This document shows positions 55,390 through 64,000 of a stretch of 64,000 nt of DNA, piece after piece. A program made the translations under genes and the position numbers. Position 1 is the first letter of the stretch. Every line of letters begins with the position of its first letter. A model generated the notes under the pieces. The model had not been told where the DNA came from. It saw only the letters and a list, made by a program, of their open reading frames with translations, and made no database searches. This DNA is from Rhodospirillales bacterium (GTDB lineage: Bacteria > Pseudomonadota > Alphaproteobacteria > Rhodospirillales > SHVQ01): assembly GCA_009694195.1 (NCBI GenBank), contig SHVQ01000008.1:10465-74464 (forward strand). Reading direction: 5' to 3'.

Positions 55390-56346
55390 TCAGCGCTTCT
55401 TCTTCGGATTTTTCCCCGGAAATATCGTCCCCAGCGATTCGATGATGACGTGGGTCGCGGTCAGCGCCGTGATGAAACTCGGGTCGTAGAGGGGATTCAC
55501 CTCCATCAGGTCGAACCCGACGATGTGGTTCTTGCTGCAGACGAGGTCGAGGAACTTGCGCGCCTGAAGGAAGGTAAGCCCACCCGGCTCGGGCGTCCCC
55601 GTCCCCGGCACGATCGAGGCGTCGAGGGCGTCGATGTCGAAGGTGATGTAGACGTCCTTCCCCTTCGGCAACAGCTTGGCGAAGTGGTCGACGCCCTTCT
55701 CGTGAACCTCCCAGGCGCAGATCATCCGGTTTCCGTCCCGCTTGTGGTCCGCGAGGTCGCTCGGCTGCTGGCGGAAGCTGTTGATCCCGATCGAGACGAT
55801 CCGCTCGACGAACGGGAGCTCGCGCACGCGGCGCAGCACGTTGCCGTGCCCGAAGCGGACGCCGTAGACCTCGTCCCGGTAGTCGGCGTGGGCGTCGAAC
55901 TGCACCACCGTGATCGGCTTCCGCCAGCCTTCGTAGGCGCGCATGACCGGAAACGTGATGGAGTGATCGCCGCCGAGGACGACCGGCATCGCCTTATGAT
56001 CGAGGATGTTTTTGACGGCGTCGGTCGTGCGCTGGAAGTTGTCCTCCCAGACGAGCGGAAGGATCTCGACGTCCGCGCAGTCGACGATCTTGCACTCGCC
56101 CCGCCAGCAGTTTCTCCGCATGTCCCAATAGCCGGGGCGCTCCGCCGAGAGCGACGTGTAGCGGACCGACCAGTCGCGGATGTGCTTGGGCCCGTGCCGG
56201 GTGCCCGAGCGGAAGCCCGTGCCTTGATCGAACGGCACCCCGAGGACGGCGACGTCCGCGGTCCATTTTCCGTCCGTCGTGACTTGCGGCGCCTTCCCGA
56301 ACGTCGGGATGCCGAACATCGATAGTCCGAGTTGCTTGAAACTCAT
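55390..56346 (-). CDS. Ureohydrolase (agmatinase / guanidinoacid hydrolase family)
   Basis: GVPFD, GGDHSIT, DAHAD, TFDIDALD, GTGTPEPGG. Confidence 0.9.
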   Translation of the reverse strand: MSFKQLGLSMFGIPTFGKAPQVTTDGKWTADVAVLGVPFDQGTGFRSGTRHGPKHIRDWSVRYTSLSAERPGYWDMRRNCWRGECKIVDCADVEILPLVWEDNFQRTTDAVKNILDHKAMPVVLGGDHSITFPVMRAYEGWRKPITVVQFDAHADYRDEVYGVRFGHGNVLRRVRELPFVERIVSIGINSFRQQPSDLADHKRDGNRMICAWEVHEKGVDHFAKLLPKGKDVYITFDIDALDASIVPGTGTPEPGGLTFLQARKFLDLVCSKNHIVGFDLMEVNPLYDPSFITALTATHVIIESLGTIFPGKNPKKKR

Positions 56347-56374
56347 GGAACGACCCCTTTCTTAAAAATTTGCA

Positions 56375-58063
56375 TTAGCGATTTCGATGGATGCCGCGCA
56401 GTTGCGCGATAGTTCGGTCGGTGGTGATCAATTCGGGCTCGACCCGCAGCTCGAGGACGGCCGGCCGCCCCGACTTCCGCGCGCGCGCGAACGCGGGCGC
56501 GAACTCCTTCGTCGTCCGCACCGTCTCGCCGTGGGCGCCGAAGCTTTTCGCCCACGCGGCGAAGTCCGGATTGACGAGGTCCGTCCCGACCACCCGGCGC
56601 GGGTAGTCGCGCTCCTGGTGCACGCGGATGGAGCCGTACATGTTGTTGTTGACGACGATGATGATCGGCTTCACGCCGTACTGGACGGCCGTCGCGATCT
56701 CCTGCCCCGTCATGAGGGCCCCACCGTCGCCGCAGAACCCGATGACCGGGCGATCGGGGTGGGCGAGGCTCGCGCCGACGGCGGCCGGAACGGCGTACCC
56801 CATGCTGCCGCTGGTCGGCCCGAGATGGGTGGGGAAGCGGCGGAACCGATGGAAGCGCTGGACCCAGCCGGAGAACGTGCCGGCATCGGTCGTGATGATC
56901 GCCTCGGGCGGCAGCACCTCTCCGAGATGCTTCATGACGGCCGTCATGTCGAGCCGCCGCCCGACCATTCCCTTCGTCGGCTGTAGGCGGCTCACATAGA
57001 CCTGGCGAAGACGCTTCGTCCACGCGGCCCAGCGCGCGCTGTCCACCGGCTTCAAGGCCGTCGCGGCGCGCAAGAAATTCCCGACGCCGGCGCAGATGGG
57101 AAGGGTCGGGTGAATGGCGCGGCCGATCTCATCGGGATCGGGAAAGACCTGGATCAACTTTTGCTTCGGAACCGGTACTTCGAGCAAGGCGTACTGATCC
57201 GTCGTGTCGTCGTCGAGCCTGGTGCCGATGGCGAGCACAAGGTCCGCCGTCTTCAAAAGATCGTTCGTCTCCTTCGGACCGCTCCCCGCGATGGGGCCGA
57301 TGTAGCAGTCGCTTGCATTGTCGATCCGGTCCTGGCAGCGAAACCCCGCCCCGACCGGGAGCCGGTTTGCGGCTGCGAATTTTTCCAAGTCCGCGCACGC
57401 CTCGGGCGTCCAGCCGCCGCCGCCCGCGATGACGAACGGACGCTTCGCGCGCGACAAGAGGGCCTGCATCTCGCGGAGCGCCCGCGGCTCCGCCCCCGGC
57501 TCAACCGCGACGTAAGGACCCGTGTCCGCCACATCGGTCCGCTCGGTCTGCATGTCTTCGGGCAGCGCGACGGCGACCGGGCCCGCGCGTCCGGCACAGG
57601 CCCTTTGGAAGGCCTGCTTCATGAGCTCGGGAATGCGGTTCGGCCGCTCGACCTGGACCACCCATTTGCAAAGCGGCGCCAGAAACTTCCGGTAATCCAT
57701 TTCCTGGATCGGGTCCCGATATTCCTGGTAGCGCGGGACTTGACCGACCAGGAGGACGAGCGGCGTCGAATCCTCTTGAGCGTTGTGCAAGCCGATCGTC
57801 GCGTGGCAGGCGCCGGGGCCGCGCGAGACGAAGATCACGCCGGGCTTCCCCGTGACGCGCGCATACGCCGACGCCATGTGGACGGCACCGCCTTCGTGGC
57901 GGCAGGTGATCACGCGGATGTCGTTGCGCCCGTAAAGCGCGTCGAGCACGCCGAGGAAGCTCTCGCCGGGAACGGAGAAGACCGTTTCGATGCCGTGGAT
58001 GCGGAGCGCATCGACGACGATCTCGCCGCCCGTCCGCCGGCGGCCTGCGGTGCGCTTTTTCAT
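56375..58063 (-). CDS. ThDP-dependent enzyme (acetolactate synthase-like superfamily)
   Basis: VPGESFL, CRHEGGA, SRGPGA, GDGGALMTGQE...NNNMYGSIR. Confidence 0.88.
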   Translation of the reverse strand: MKKRTAGRRRTGGEIVVDALRIHGIETVFSVPGESFLGVLDALYGRNDIRVITCRHEGGAVHMASAYARVTGKPGVIFVSRGPGACHATIGLHNAQEDSTPLVLLVGQVPRYQEYRDPIQEMDYRKFLAPLCKWVVQVERPNRIPELMKQAFQRACAGRAGPVAVALPEDMQTERTDVADTGPYVAVEPGAEPRALREMQALLSRAKRPFVIAGGGGWTPEACADLEKFAAANRLPVGAGFRCQDRIDNASDCYIGPIAGSGPKETNDLLKTADLVLAIGTRLDDDTTDQYALLEVPVPKQKLIQVFPDPDEIGRAIHPTLPICAGVGNFLRAATALKPVDSARWAAWTKRLRQVYVSRLQPTKGMVGRRLDMTAVMKHLGEVLPPEAIITTDAGTFSGWVQRFHRFRRFPTHLGPTSGSMGYAVPAAVGASLAHPDRPVIGFCGDGGALMTGQEIATAVQYGVKPIIIVVNNNMYGSIRVHQERDYPRRVVGTDLVNPDFAAWAKSFGAHGETVRTTKEFAPAFARARKSGRPAVLELRVEPELITTDRTIAQLRGIHRNR

Positions 58064-58195
58064 TCCTCTCCCCAGGCTTCGGTCGCCTCCCGGCGGCCAG
58101 AGGGCGACAAAACTACAAGACGCCAAGGGCAGGGTCGAGTATCATCGTTCCACCTAGAGATTCCTCGTTTTTGGGGCGTGGAGTCCCGCCGGCGG

Positions 58196-59029
58196 ATGGT
58201 TTCGTTTTCCAGTACGCGCCTTCGCGGCGCAGCCACCCGGGTACCGCCGATCGTTTTCCTCTTCGCGTTCCACATCCTCCTCCAACTCGCGGCACTCGCG
58301 AGCGCGCCTTCGCCCGCAGAAGCCCAGCAGATGTTCATGGGCGTCGTGGTCACGCCCGCGTCCGGCACCTATGTCATCCTGCAGGACATCAACGTCAGGG
58401 CCGAGCCCGCGACGAAGAGCAACAAGGTCGCCAACCTGAAGACGGGCGACCGCGTGGAGGCCGCCGGCCGCGTGACCGGAGGCTGGGTCGCCGTCAGGAA
58501 AGGCGACAACGACATCGGCTTCGTCTACGCGCCTTCGATGATGCCGTTGATCGACGGCGTGCTGACCGAAGACATTCGCGCCAACATCGCGATCGAAAAG
58601 GACATCAAGTGCAACTACACGGTCCGCTTCGAAGGGAAGAACGCGATCGAGGGCGAGGACTACGACATTGCCGACTACGAGGTCGCCTATGTCTGCCAGG
58701 TCGGCGCCAAAAAGGTCGAGTTTCTCGCCTCCATGTACATGAGCGAAGCGTCCTACCAATTGTCCCAGAACGCCGTCTTCCAAATCAATATCGACGTTCT
58801 CGACATGAATCGCAGCTTCGACAATGTGTTTTCGACCGTGCTTTTGTACGACCGCGAGAAAGAGCACGTCGTGCTCGACTCGATCAGCATCGAGGATTAT
58901 CGCGGCACGCCGGGGACGAAAGAAAAGCCGGCGAAAACGGTCGCCGAGGCGCTCCGCGTCGCAGTCGAGCTGGCACTCGGGGCCTGGAGCCGGAAGGCGT
59001 GGACGGGGCTCGCCGAACCCCGGCGGTAG
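58196..59029 (+). CDS. Exported SH3-domain protein
   Basis: Signal-like region, INVRAEP.TKSNKVANLKTGDRV...GWV.V...GFV. Start uncertain. Confidence 0.7.
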   Translation: MVSFSSTRLRGAATRVPPIVFLFAFHILLQLAALASAPSPAEAQQMFMGVVVTPASGTYVILQDINVRAEPATKSNKVANLKTGDRVEAAGRVTGGWVAVRKGDNDIGFVYAPSMMPLIDGVLTEDIRANIAIEKDIKCNYTVRFEGKNAIEGEDYDIADYEVAYVCQVGAKKVEFLASMYMSEASYQLSQNAVFQINIDVLDMNRSFDNVFSTVLLYDREKEHVVLDSISIEDYRGTPGTKEKPAKTVAEALRVAVELALGAWSRKAWTGLAEPRR

Positions 59030-59070
59030 ATCGCCCGCCGCGGCCTTTCTCGGCCACCCCATTGCGCGCG

Positions 59071-59106
59071 GTCTCAATAGAGACTATATTCGGTCTCACA
59101 TGAGAT
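59071..59106. promoter_or_regulatory. Tandem palindromic operators of the Xre-RES operon
   Basis: GTCTCAATAGAGAC (59071) and GTCTCACATGAGAT (59093), 22 bp apart, just before the RBS. Confidence 0.6.
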
Positions 59107-59117
59107 AAGGAGATTCC

Positions 59118-59534
59118 ATGACCACGCTCTTCGACGCGGCAAGGTTCCTCAAGGTTCCGGCCGCATCGGCCGTCCAATATATCGAGCGCGTGAACAGGGG
59201 GCTTCCCGTGCGTACGCTCGCAAGGATCGCGGACGCCATCGCGCCGGCGGACGTCGAGTTTCGATACCGCATCATACCGAAGGCAACGCTCGCGCGGTTC
59301 AAATTGACGCGCCGCCTGAACAAGGTTCAGGGCGAGCTTGTGACGCGCCTCGCCGAAGTGTGGACGGATGCGATTCGCGTTTGGAAGTCCGACGAAGCCG
59401 CCCGGAATTTTCTGAATCGCAAGCACCCCTTGCTGGAAAACAAACGTCCGATAGACATCGTTCTGCAAAGCGAGATCGGCGCGCAGCTCGTGCGCGACGT
59501 GCTTGGCCGACTTGAGCACGGGTCTGCCGTGTGA
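59118..59534 (+). CDS. Xre/MbcA/ParS-family antitoxin
   Basis: IIPKATLAR, ARNFLNRKHPLLENKRPID...GAQLVRDVLGRLEHG. Confidence 0.88.
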   Translation: MTTLFDAARFLKVPAASAVQYIERVNRGLPVRTLARIADAIAPADVEFRYRIIPKATLARFKLTRRLNKVQGELVTRLAEVWTDAIRVWKSDEAARNFLNRKHPLLENKRPIDIVLQSEIGAQLVRDVLGRLEHGSAV

Positions 59535-60013
59535 CGGCACAAATTCTCGACCGGATTCTTACGAGTTACAGGATCGGCGACCCGCGCGGCCAATACCCCA
59601 TCTTTGACGCCAGGGGCTCCACCGTCAGTCCCGGTCGGTGGAACTCGGCGTCATGTCCGATGATTTACACGAGCGAGCACTATTCGACCGCGATGCTCGA
59701 AAAGCTCGTACACGGTAGCGGCCATATACCGCCGAACCAGCACTTCGTAAAAATCACGATCCCAAATGGCGTCAGCTATGAAGTGCTCAATACCGCCATG
59801 CTGCCCAATTGGCATTTAGGATCATTCGCGGGCAGCCGGCCGTTCGGCGATGCGTGGCAGCAAAGCAAGCGAACGCTGTTGCTGATCGTTCCGAGTGTTG
59901 TCGCGCGCGAAGAGCGGAACATTCTTATCAATCCGCAGCACCCCGAATTTCCAACCGTCACATGCAGCCTAGCCACTCCCGTGTGGTGGGATTCGCGGCT
60001 GTTCGTGCCATAG
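59531..60013 (+). CDS. RES-domain toxin (NAD+ phosphorylase family)
   Basis: YRIG, PGRWN, YTSEHYSTAMLE, VPSVV..EERNILINP.HP. GTGA overlap with the antitoxin. Confidence 0.9.
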   Translation: MTAQILDRILTSYRIGDPRGQYPIFDARGSTVSPGRWNSASCPMIYTSEHYSTAMLEKLVHGSGHIPPNQHFVKITIPNGVSYEVLNTAMLPNWHLGSFAGSRPFGDAWQQSKRTLLLIVPSVVAREERNILINPQHPEFPTVTCSLATPVWWDSRLFVP

Positions 60014-60135
60014 GCGCTAAGCCAAGGTTCAGTGCCCCACCGCCTTGGTATACCAAGCGCAATGTGGCATATTTCGGCGAGCCCGCGAGGACTAAGGGGG
60101 AAGCCGCGCGGGCCTGAAACCAGCGGAGGATCACG

Positions 60136-61137
60136 ATGAAAAAGCATCTCGGGACGAAATCGTTCTTTGTCATTGCCGCAGTCTTCACCCTTGCAACGCT
60201 CGCAGGCGACGCGCTTGCGCAAACGAAGACCACCAAGATCCGCTACGCGCTCGGCGATATCGTCACCCACGATGACCTCAATCTCCTGATCGCGCTCGAC
60301 CGTGCGAAAGCGCGCGGCGTCGAGGTGGAGATCACGCCGTTCAAGTCCGAGGACCTGGCGACCCAGGCGGTGATCAACGGCCAGGCCGACATCGGCCAGG
60401 GGACGCCCTATGCCGTCATCCAGAAGCTGAAGGCGCCGGTCCGCTTCTTCTATCAGCTGAGCGCGCTGCAGTTCTTCCCCGTTGTCGATAAGTCGCTCTA
60501 CAAGACCTGGAAGGACCTGGACGGCCAGGACATCGTCGTCCATTCGCGCGGCTCCGGCACCGAAGCGATCATGAGCATGATGGCGAAGCACCACGGCATT
60601 AAATACAAGAGCGTGAGTTACGTGCCGGGCTCGGAAGTGCGGGCGCTGGCCATGCTGAAGGGCAACATCAAGGCCTCCATCGTCGACAACACGAACAAGA
60701 ACCTGCTGATGAAGGAGGCGCCGGACAAGTTCCTGGTGCTGCCCTTGGGCGAGATCAAGGCCAGCGACGAAGCATTGTTCGCCACCAACGCCTTCCTCGA
60801 CGCCAATAAAGCGGCCGTCGGCATCCTGCTCGAAGAGCTGTTGAAGGTGTGGCGCGAGATCAACAAGGACCCCGCCTTCGCCGTCCGCGAGCGCCAGCGC
60901 CTGGGGCTCCTCAAGGACCTGCCCGCCAAGCTCGAGGGCGAAGTCGAGCCCTACTTCAAGCAGGCCGTCGCCGGCGGCATTTTCCCCAACGACGGCGGCC
61001 TCGCCGGCGCGGTCAAGAACGACTTCGAGTTCTTCACCGCCTCCGGCGCGCTCCAGGGCACGCCGCAGGAGCTAAAGGCCGACGACTTCTGGAACCTTGC
61101 GCCCTTGAAAGCGGCGCTGGCCAAGGTCGGCGGCTGA
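60136..61137 (+). CDS. ABC substrate-binding protein (NMT1/SsuA/TauA class)
   Basis: Signal peptide, QAVINGQADIG, TWKDLDGQ..VVHSRGSGTE; heads an ABC operon. Confidence 0.82.
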   Translation: MKKHLGTKSFFVIAAVFTLATLAGDALAQTKTTKIRYALGDIVTHDDLNLLIALDRAKARGVEVEITPFKSEDLATQAVINGQADIGQGTPYAVIQKLKAPVRFFYQLSALQFFPVVDKSLYKTWKDLDGQDIVVHSRGSGTEAIMSMMAKHHGIKYKSVSYVPGSEVRALAMLKGNIKASIVDNTNKNLLMKEAPDKFLVLPLGEIKASDEALFATNAFLDANKAAVGILLEELLKVWREINKDPAFAVRERQRLGLLKDLPAKLEGEVEPYFKQAVAGGIFPNDGGLAGAVKNDFEFFTASGALQGTPQELKADDFWNLAPLKAALAKVGG

Positions 61138-61143
61138 GTTTAA

Positions 61144-61240
61144 CCCCCTCACCCTCCCCTCTCCCCCGCTAAACGGGGGAGAGGGTTGAGAAGGGTTGAC
61201 GCGGCGCCAGCCGCGGTTACCCGAAGCTGGGTGAGGGGGC
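61144..61240. repeat. CCCTCTCCC-type REP-like element
   Basis: Near-identical to the reverse complement of 50975..51072. Confidence 0.82.
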
Positions 61241-61253
61241 GAAATCCTCTTCG

Positions 61254-62027
61254 ATGATGCTTCACGACAGGTCTCCAGCGCTCTCACGCCATCCCTGGCG
61301 GGCGGTGTCGTTCGTGCTCGTCTTCGGCGCGTGGGAGATCGCGGGCCGGATTCCGATCAGTCTCGCTTTTCCGACGTTCGGCGAAACGGTCGCGGCGCTT
61401 CTCGCACTCATCGCCGATGGCTCGTTGATCAAGGCCTACGCATCGACCTTGCAACCGCTCCTCATCGGCATTGCGGTCTCGGCCGTGGTCGGCGTGGCCG
61501 CGGGCGTCGGCATGGGCCTCTCGCGGTCGCTCGAGTGGCTGGCGCTTCCGATCTTCATCATTCTGCAGGCGGCTCCGCTCGCCGCGATCATTCCGCTGAT
61601 CACGTACATCTACGGCATCGGGCTGACGGCGAAGTCGCTCGCCGTCATCCTGCTGGCGACGCCCGTGGTGGTGATGAACGCCTACAAGGGCATCCGCAAC
61701 ACCGACCCCTCCCTCATCGCCATGGGCCGGTCCTTCCTCGGCACGCGCACGCAACAGATTTTGAAGATCATGATCCCGCACGCGCGCGGGCTGATCTTCG
61801 CCGGCCTCCGGCTCGGGCTCGCCATGGGGTTCGTGGGCGTCGTCGTCGCCGAGCTTCTGATCACGCCGACCGGCATCGGCGATCTCATCACCTATCACGG
61901 CTCCGTCGCCAATTACGCGGAGATGTACGCATCCATCGTCTCCATCGTGGCGCTCGCCGCCGTCACCATCGGCGCCCTCGAGCGCGTCGAGCGGCGGCTG
62001 TTTCGCGCGACCGGCGCGGCGGCCTAG
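61254..62027 (+). CDS. NitT/TauT-family ABC permease
   Basis: LIAMGRSFLG..QQILKIMIP, GLRLGLAMG..VVVAELL. Confidence 0.88.
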   Translation: MMLHDRSPALSRHPWRAVSFVLVFGAWEIAGRIPISLAFPTFGETVAALLALIADGSLIKAYASTLQPLLIGIAVSAVVGVAAGVGMGLSRSLEWLALPIFIILQAAPLAAIIPLITYIYGIGLTAKSLAVILLATPVVVMNAYKGIRNTDPSLIAMGRSFLGTRTQQILKIMIPHARGLIFAGLRLGLAMGFVGVVVAELLITPTGIGDLITYHGSVANYAEMYASIVSIVALAAVTIGALERVERRLFRATGAAA

Positions 62028-62039
62028 GAGAACGGCCCC

Positions 62040-62804
62040 TTGGACGGGAAAATCATCGTCGACGTGAAGGGTGTCTCGAAGACCTATGAGGGCGGCGTCG
62101 AGGCGTTGCAGGACGTCCACCTCGCCGTCCCGCCCGGCCGCCTTACGACGTTTCTCGGGCCCAGCGGGTGCGGCAAGACGACGCTTCTCAAGATCATCGC
62201 CGGCCTGATCGAGCCGACGGCGGGGGACGTGCTGGTCAAGGGGCGCCGCATCTCCGGGCCGGGCCCGGAGCGGGCCTTCGTGTTCCAGGATTTCGCGCTG
62301 CTGCCGTGGGCGAACGTGCTTCGCAACGTCGCCTTCGGGCTCGAGCTTCGCGGCATGCCGGTGCCCGAGCGGCACGCGGTCGCGCGGACGTACATCGCCG
62401 AGGTCGGTCTCGCGGGCTTCGAGGAGAGCTACCCGAGCCAGCTTTCCGGCGGCATGCGCCAGCGGGTAGGGCTCGCCCGCGCGCTCGCCGTCGACGCCGA
62501 TATCCTGCTGATGGACGAGCCCTTCTCGTCCGTCGACGAGCAGACGCGCCGCAAGTTCCAGGAGGATCTGCTCGCCTTGCTCGGCCACCAGCGGAAGACG
62601 GTGATTTTCGTCACCCACTCGATCGAAGAGGCGGTCTATCTCTCCGACCGGATCGTGCTCCTCTCCCGACGGCCGGGAAAAGTATCCCGCGTGATCGAGT
62701 CGAACATCGACCGTTCGGGCTCGCCCGACGACATCCGGCGCGACCGGAACTATCTCGACGCCGTCGACGAGATTTGGCGGACGCTGAAAGCGTATCTCCC
62801 ATGA
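62040..62804 (+). CDS. NitT/TauT-family ABC ATP-binding protein
   Basis: GPSGCGKTT, VFQDFALLPW, LSGGMRQRV, LMDEPF, VTHSIEEA. Confidence 0.93.
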   Translation: MDGKIIVDVKGVSKTYEGGVEALQDVHLAVPPGRLTTFLGPSGCGKTTLLKIIAGLIEPTAGDVLVKGRRISGPGPERAFVFQDFALLPWANVLRNVAFGLELRGMPVPERHAVARTYIAEVGLAGFEESYPSQLSGGMRQRVGLARALAVDADILLMDEPFSSVDEQTRRKFQEDLLALLGHQRKTVIFVTHSIEEAVYLSDRIVLLSRRPGKVSRVIESNIDRSGSPDDIRRDRNYLDAVDEIWRTLKAYLP

Positions 62805-63553
62805 CGATCTTCGGCTGGAGAATTCCCCTCGCCGCCTCGCTCGCCGTCTGGTTCCTCGCGTGGGAAGCGGTCGGGCAGGCGAAGCTGTCGATGATCGTGC
62901 CGCCGGTCTCCGCCGTCGTCGTCGCCGGAATGGAGCTTATGCCCACGCAGAAGTTTCTCTCGGCCGCCTGGATCACGCTCACAGCCTTCGGCACCGGTCT
63001 CGGGCTCGCAATCGTGGTGGGGATCGCTCTCGGCGTCCTGATGGCGCGCGTCCCAAGGGTCGGGGACATCCTCGGCCTCTGGGTCAACATCTTCGTCAGC
63101 GCGCCCATCTCGGCCCTCGTTCCCATGCTGATGGCGATCGTCGGCATCGGCCAGGCGACGGTGGTGGTGACGGTCTTCCTGTTCGCCGTGTTCGTGATCA
63201 TCCTGGACACCGAGGTCGGCGTCCGCCAGGCGAGCCCGTCGCTCCTCGAAATGGCGCGCTCGTTCGGGGCCAGCCGCCGCCAGCTCTACGCCAAGGTGCT
63301 GATCCTGGCGGCGCTGCCGGAGATCCTCGCCGGCGTCAGGCTCGGCGTGATCCGCGGCGTCAAGGGCGTGGTCATCGGCCAGCTCCTGATCTCCATTATC
63401 GGCATCGGCGAGATGTTCGAGCTCTACTCCCGCAACTTCCTGATGGAGGAGTTCTGGGCGCTCGTCATTCTCGTCTTCCTGTTCGCGTTCGCCGTCTCCG
63501 AATCCGTTGCCTGGCTCGAGCGCCGCATCGAGTACTACGCCGGCGCGCGCTGA
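62801..63553 (+). CDS. NitT/TauT-family ABC permease (second)
   Basis: LLEMARSFGASRRQLYAKVLI.AALPEILAGVRLG. ATGA overlap. Confidence 0.88.
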   Translation: MTIFGWRIPLAASLAVWFLAWEAVGQAKLSMIVPPVSAVVVAGMELMPTQKFLSAAWITLTAFGTGLGLAIVVGIALGVLMARVPRVGDILGLWVNIFVSAPISALVPMLMAIVGIGQATVVVTVFLFAVFVIILDTEVGVRQASPSLLEMARSFGASRRQLYAKVLILAALPEILAGVRLGVIRGVKGVVIGQLLISIIGIGEMFELYSRNFLMEEFWALVILVFLFAFAVSESVAWLERRIEYYAGAR

Positions 63554-63624
63554 CGCTCCCCTCGGTTGCAGGGCCGGGGAGCGGGTGCTAACGTCCGCGC
63601 CCTTGAACGCCCAAGAGGACCCCC

Positions 63625-63912
63625 ATGGCGCTCGACCGCGCGACCGTGAAGAAGATCGCCCTTCTCGCCCGCATCAAAGTGCCGGAGTCCGAGCTCGATT
63701 CGCTCGCGGGCGAGCTCTCGAGCATTCTCACCTGGGTCGAGCAGCTCAATAAAATCGACACGGGGAACGTCCAGCCCATGGCGGGCGGCGGCCACCTTGC
63801 GCTGCCCAAGCGCGCCGATGCCGTCACCGACGGCGGCGCGCCTGAGAAGGTGCTCGCCAACGCGCCCGAGCGCGTGGAGACCTACTACGCCGTGCCGAAG
63901 GTGGTGGAATGA
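63625..63912 (+). CDS. gatC: Asp/Glu-tRNA amidotransferase subunit C
   Basis: VKKIALLARI, WVEQL..IDT..V.PM, LANAP...YYAVPKVVE. Confidence 0.95.
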   Translation: MALDRATVKKIALLARIKVPESELDSLAGELSSILTWVEQLNKIDTGNVQPMAGGGHLALPKRADAVTDGGAPEKVLANAPERVETYYAVPKVVE

Positions 63913-64000
63913 CCCTCACCGATCTCACGCTCGCGGAGGCGCGGGACGGCCTCACGAAAGGGTCGTTCTCCGCGGTCGAGCTCGCGAAAGCCCATCTCGC
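63909..64000 (+). CDS. gatA: Asp/Glu-tRNA amidotransferase subunit A (5' end only)
   Basis: MTLTDLTLAEARDGL.KG.FSAVEL.KAHL; ATGA overlap with gatC. Confidence 0.85.
   Translation, partial: MTLTDLTLAEARDGLTKGSFSAVELAKAHL

Noticed and set aside
57110-58195. N-terminal extension of the SH3 protein ORF
   Set aside because: Antisense to the ThDP enzyme gene.
1-64000. tRNA, rRNA, IS transposase, integrase or prophage genes
   Set aside because: None recognised; intergenic gaps are short and explained by promoters or palindromic repeats.

Overview
GC-rich, gene-dense window of an alphaproteobacterium-like chromosome, dominated by organosulfonate and C1/amine catabolism. It holds: three tandem MFS paralogs and a TAXI-TRAP transporter; an omega-aminotransferase/mmsA operon divergent from a TauR-like MocR regulator; ald-xsc-gstA, pta and a citrate-synthase homolog; soxBDAG; a long minus-strand run encoding SauS, a SucCD-like CoA ligase, a non-canonical Sdh-like complex and a two-subunit Fe-S hydro-lyase; glxBCD-glnT (N-methylglutamate-type); an RND pump; a ThDP enzyme with a ureohydrolase; a RES-Xre TA pair; a Tau/Ssu-type ABC transporter; and gatC plus the start of gatA. 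The two best leads are (1) a possible sulfonate analogue of the succinyl-CoA > succinate > fumarate > malate route, and (2) a DUF559 nuclease gene bracketed by inverted REP-like palindromes inside the glx operon, with related solo palindromes elsewhere that carry nested micro-insertions. Several toxin-antitoxin scars and a duplication that split a flavin-binding gene are also visible. All calls come from motif recognition by eye; no database search was run.
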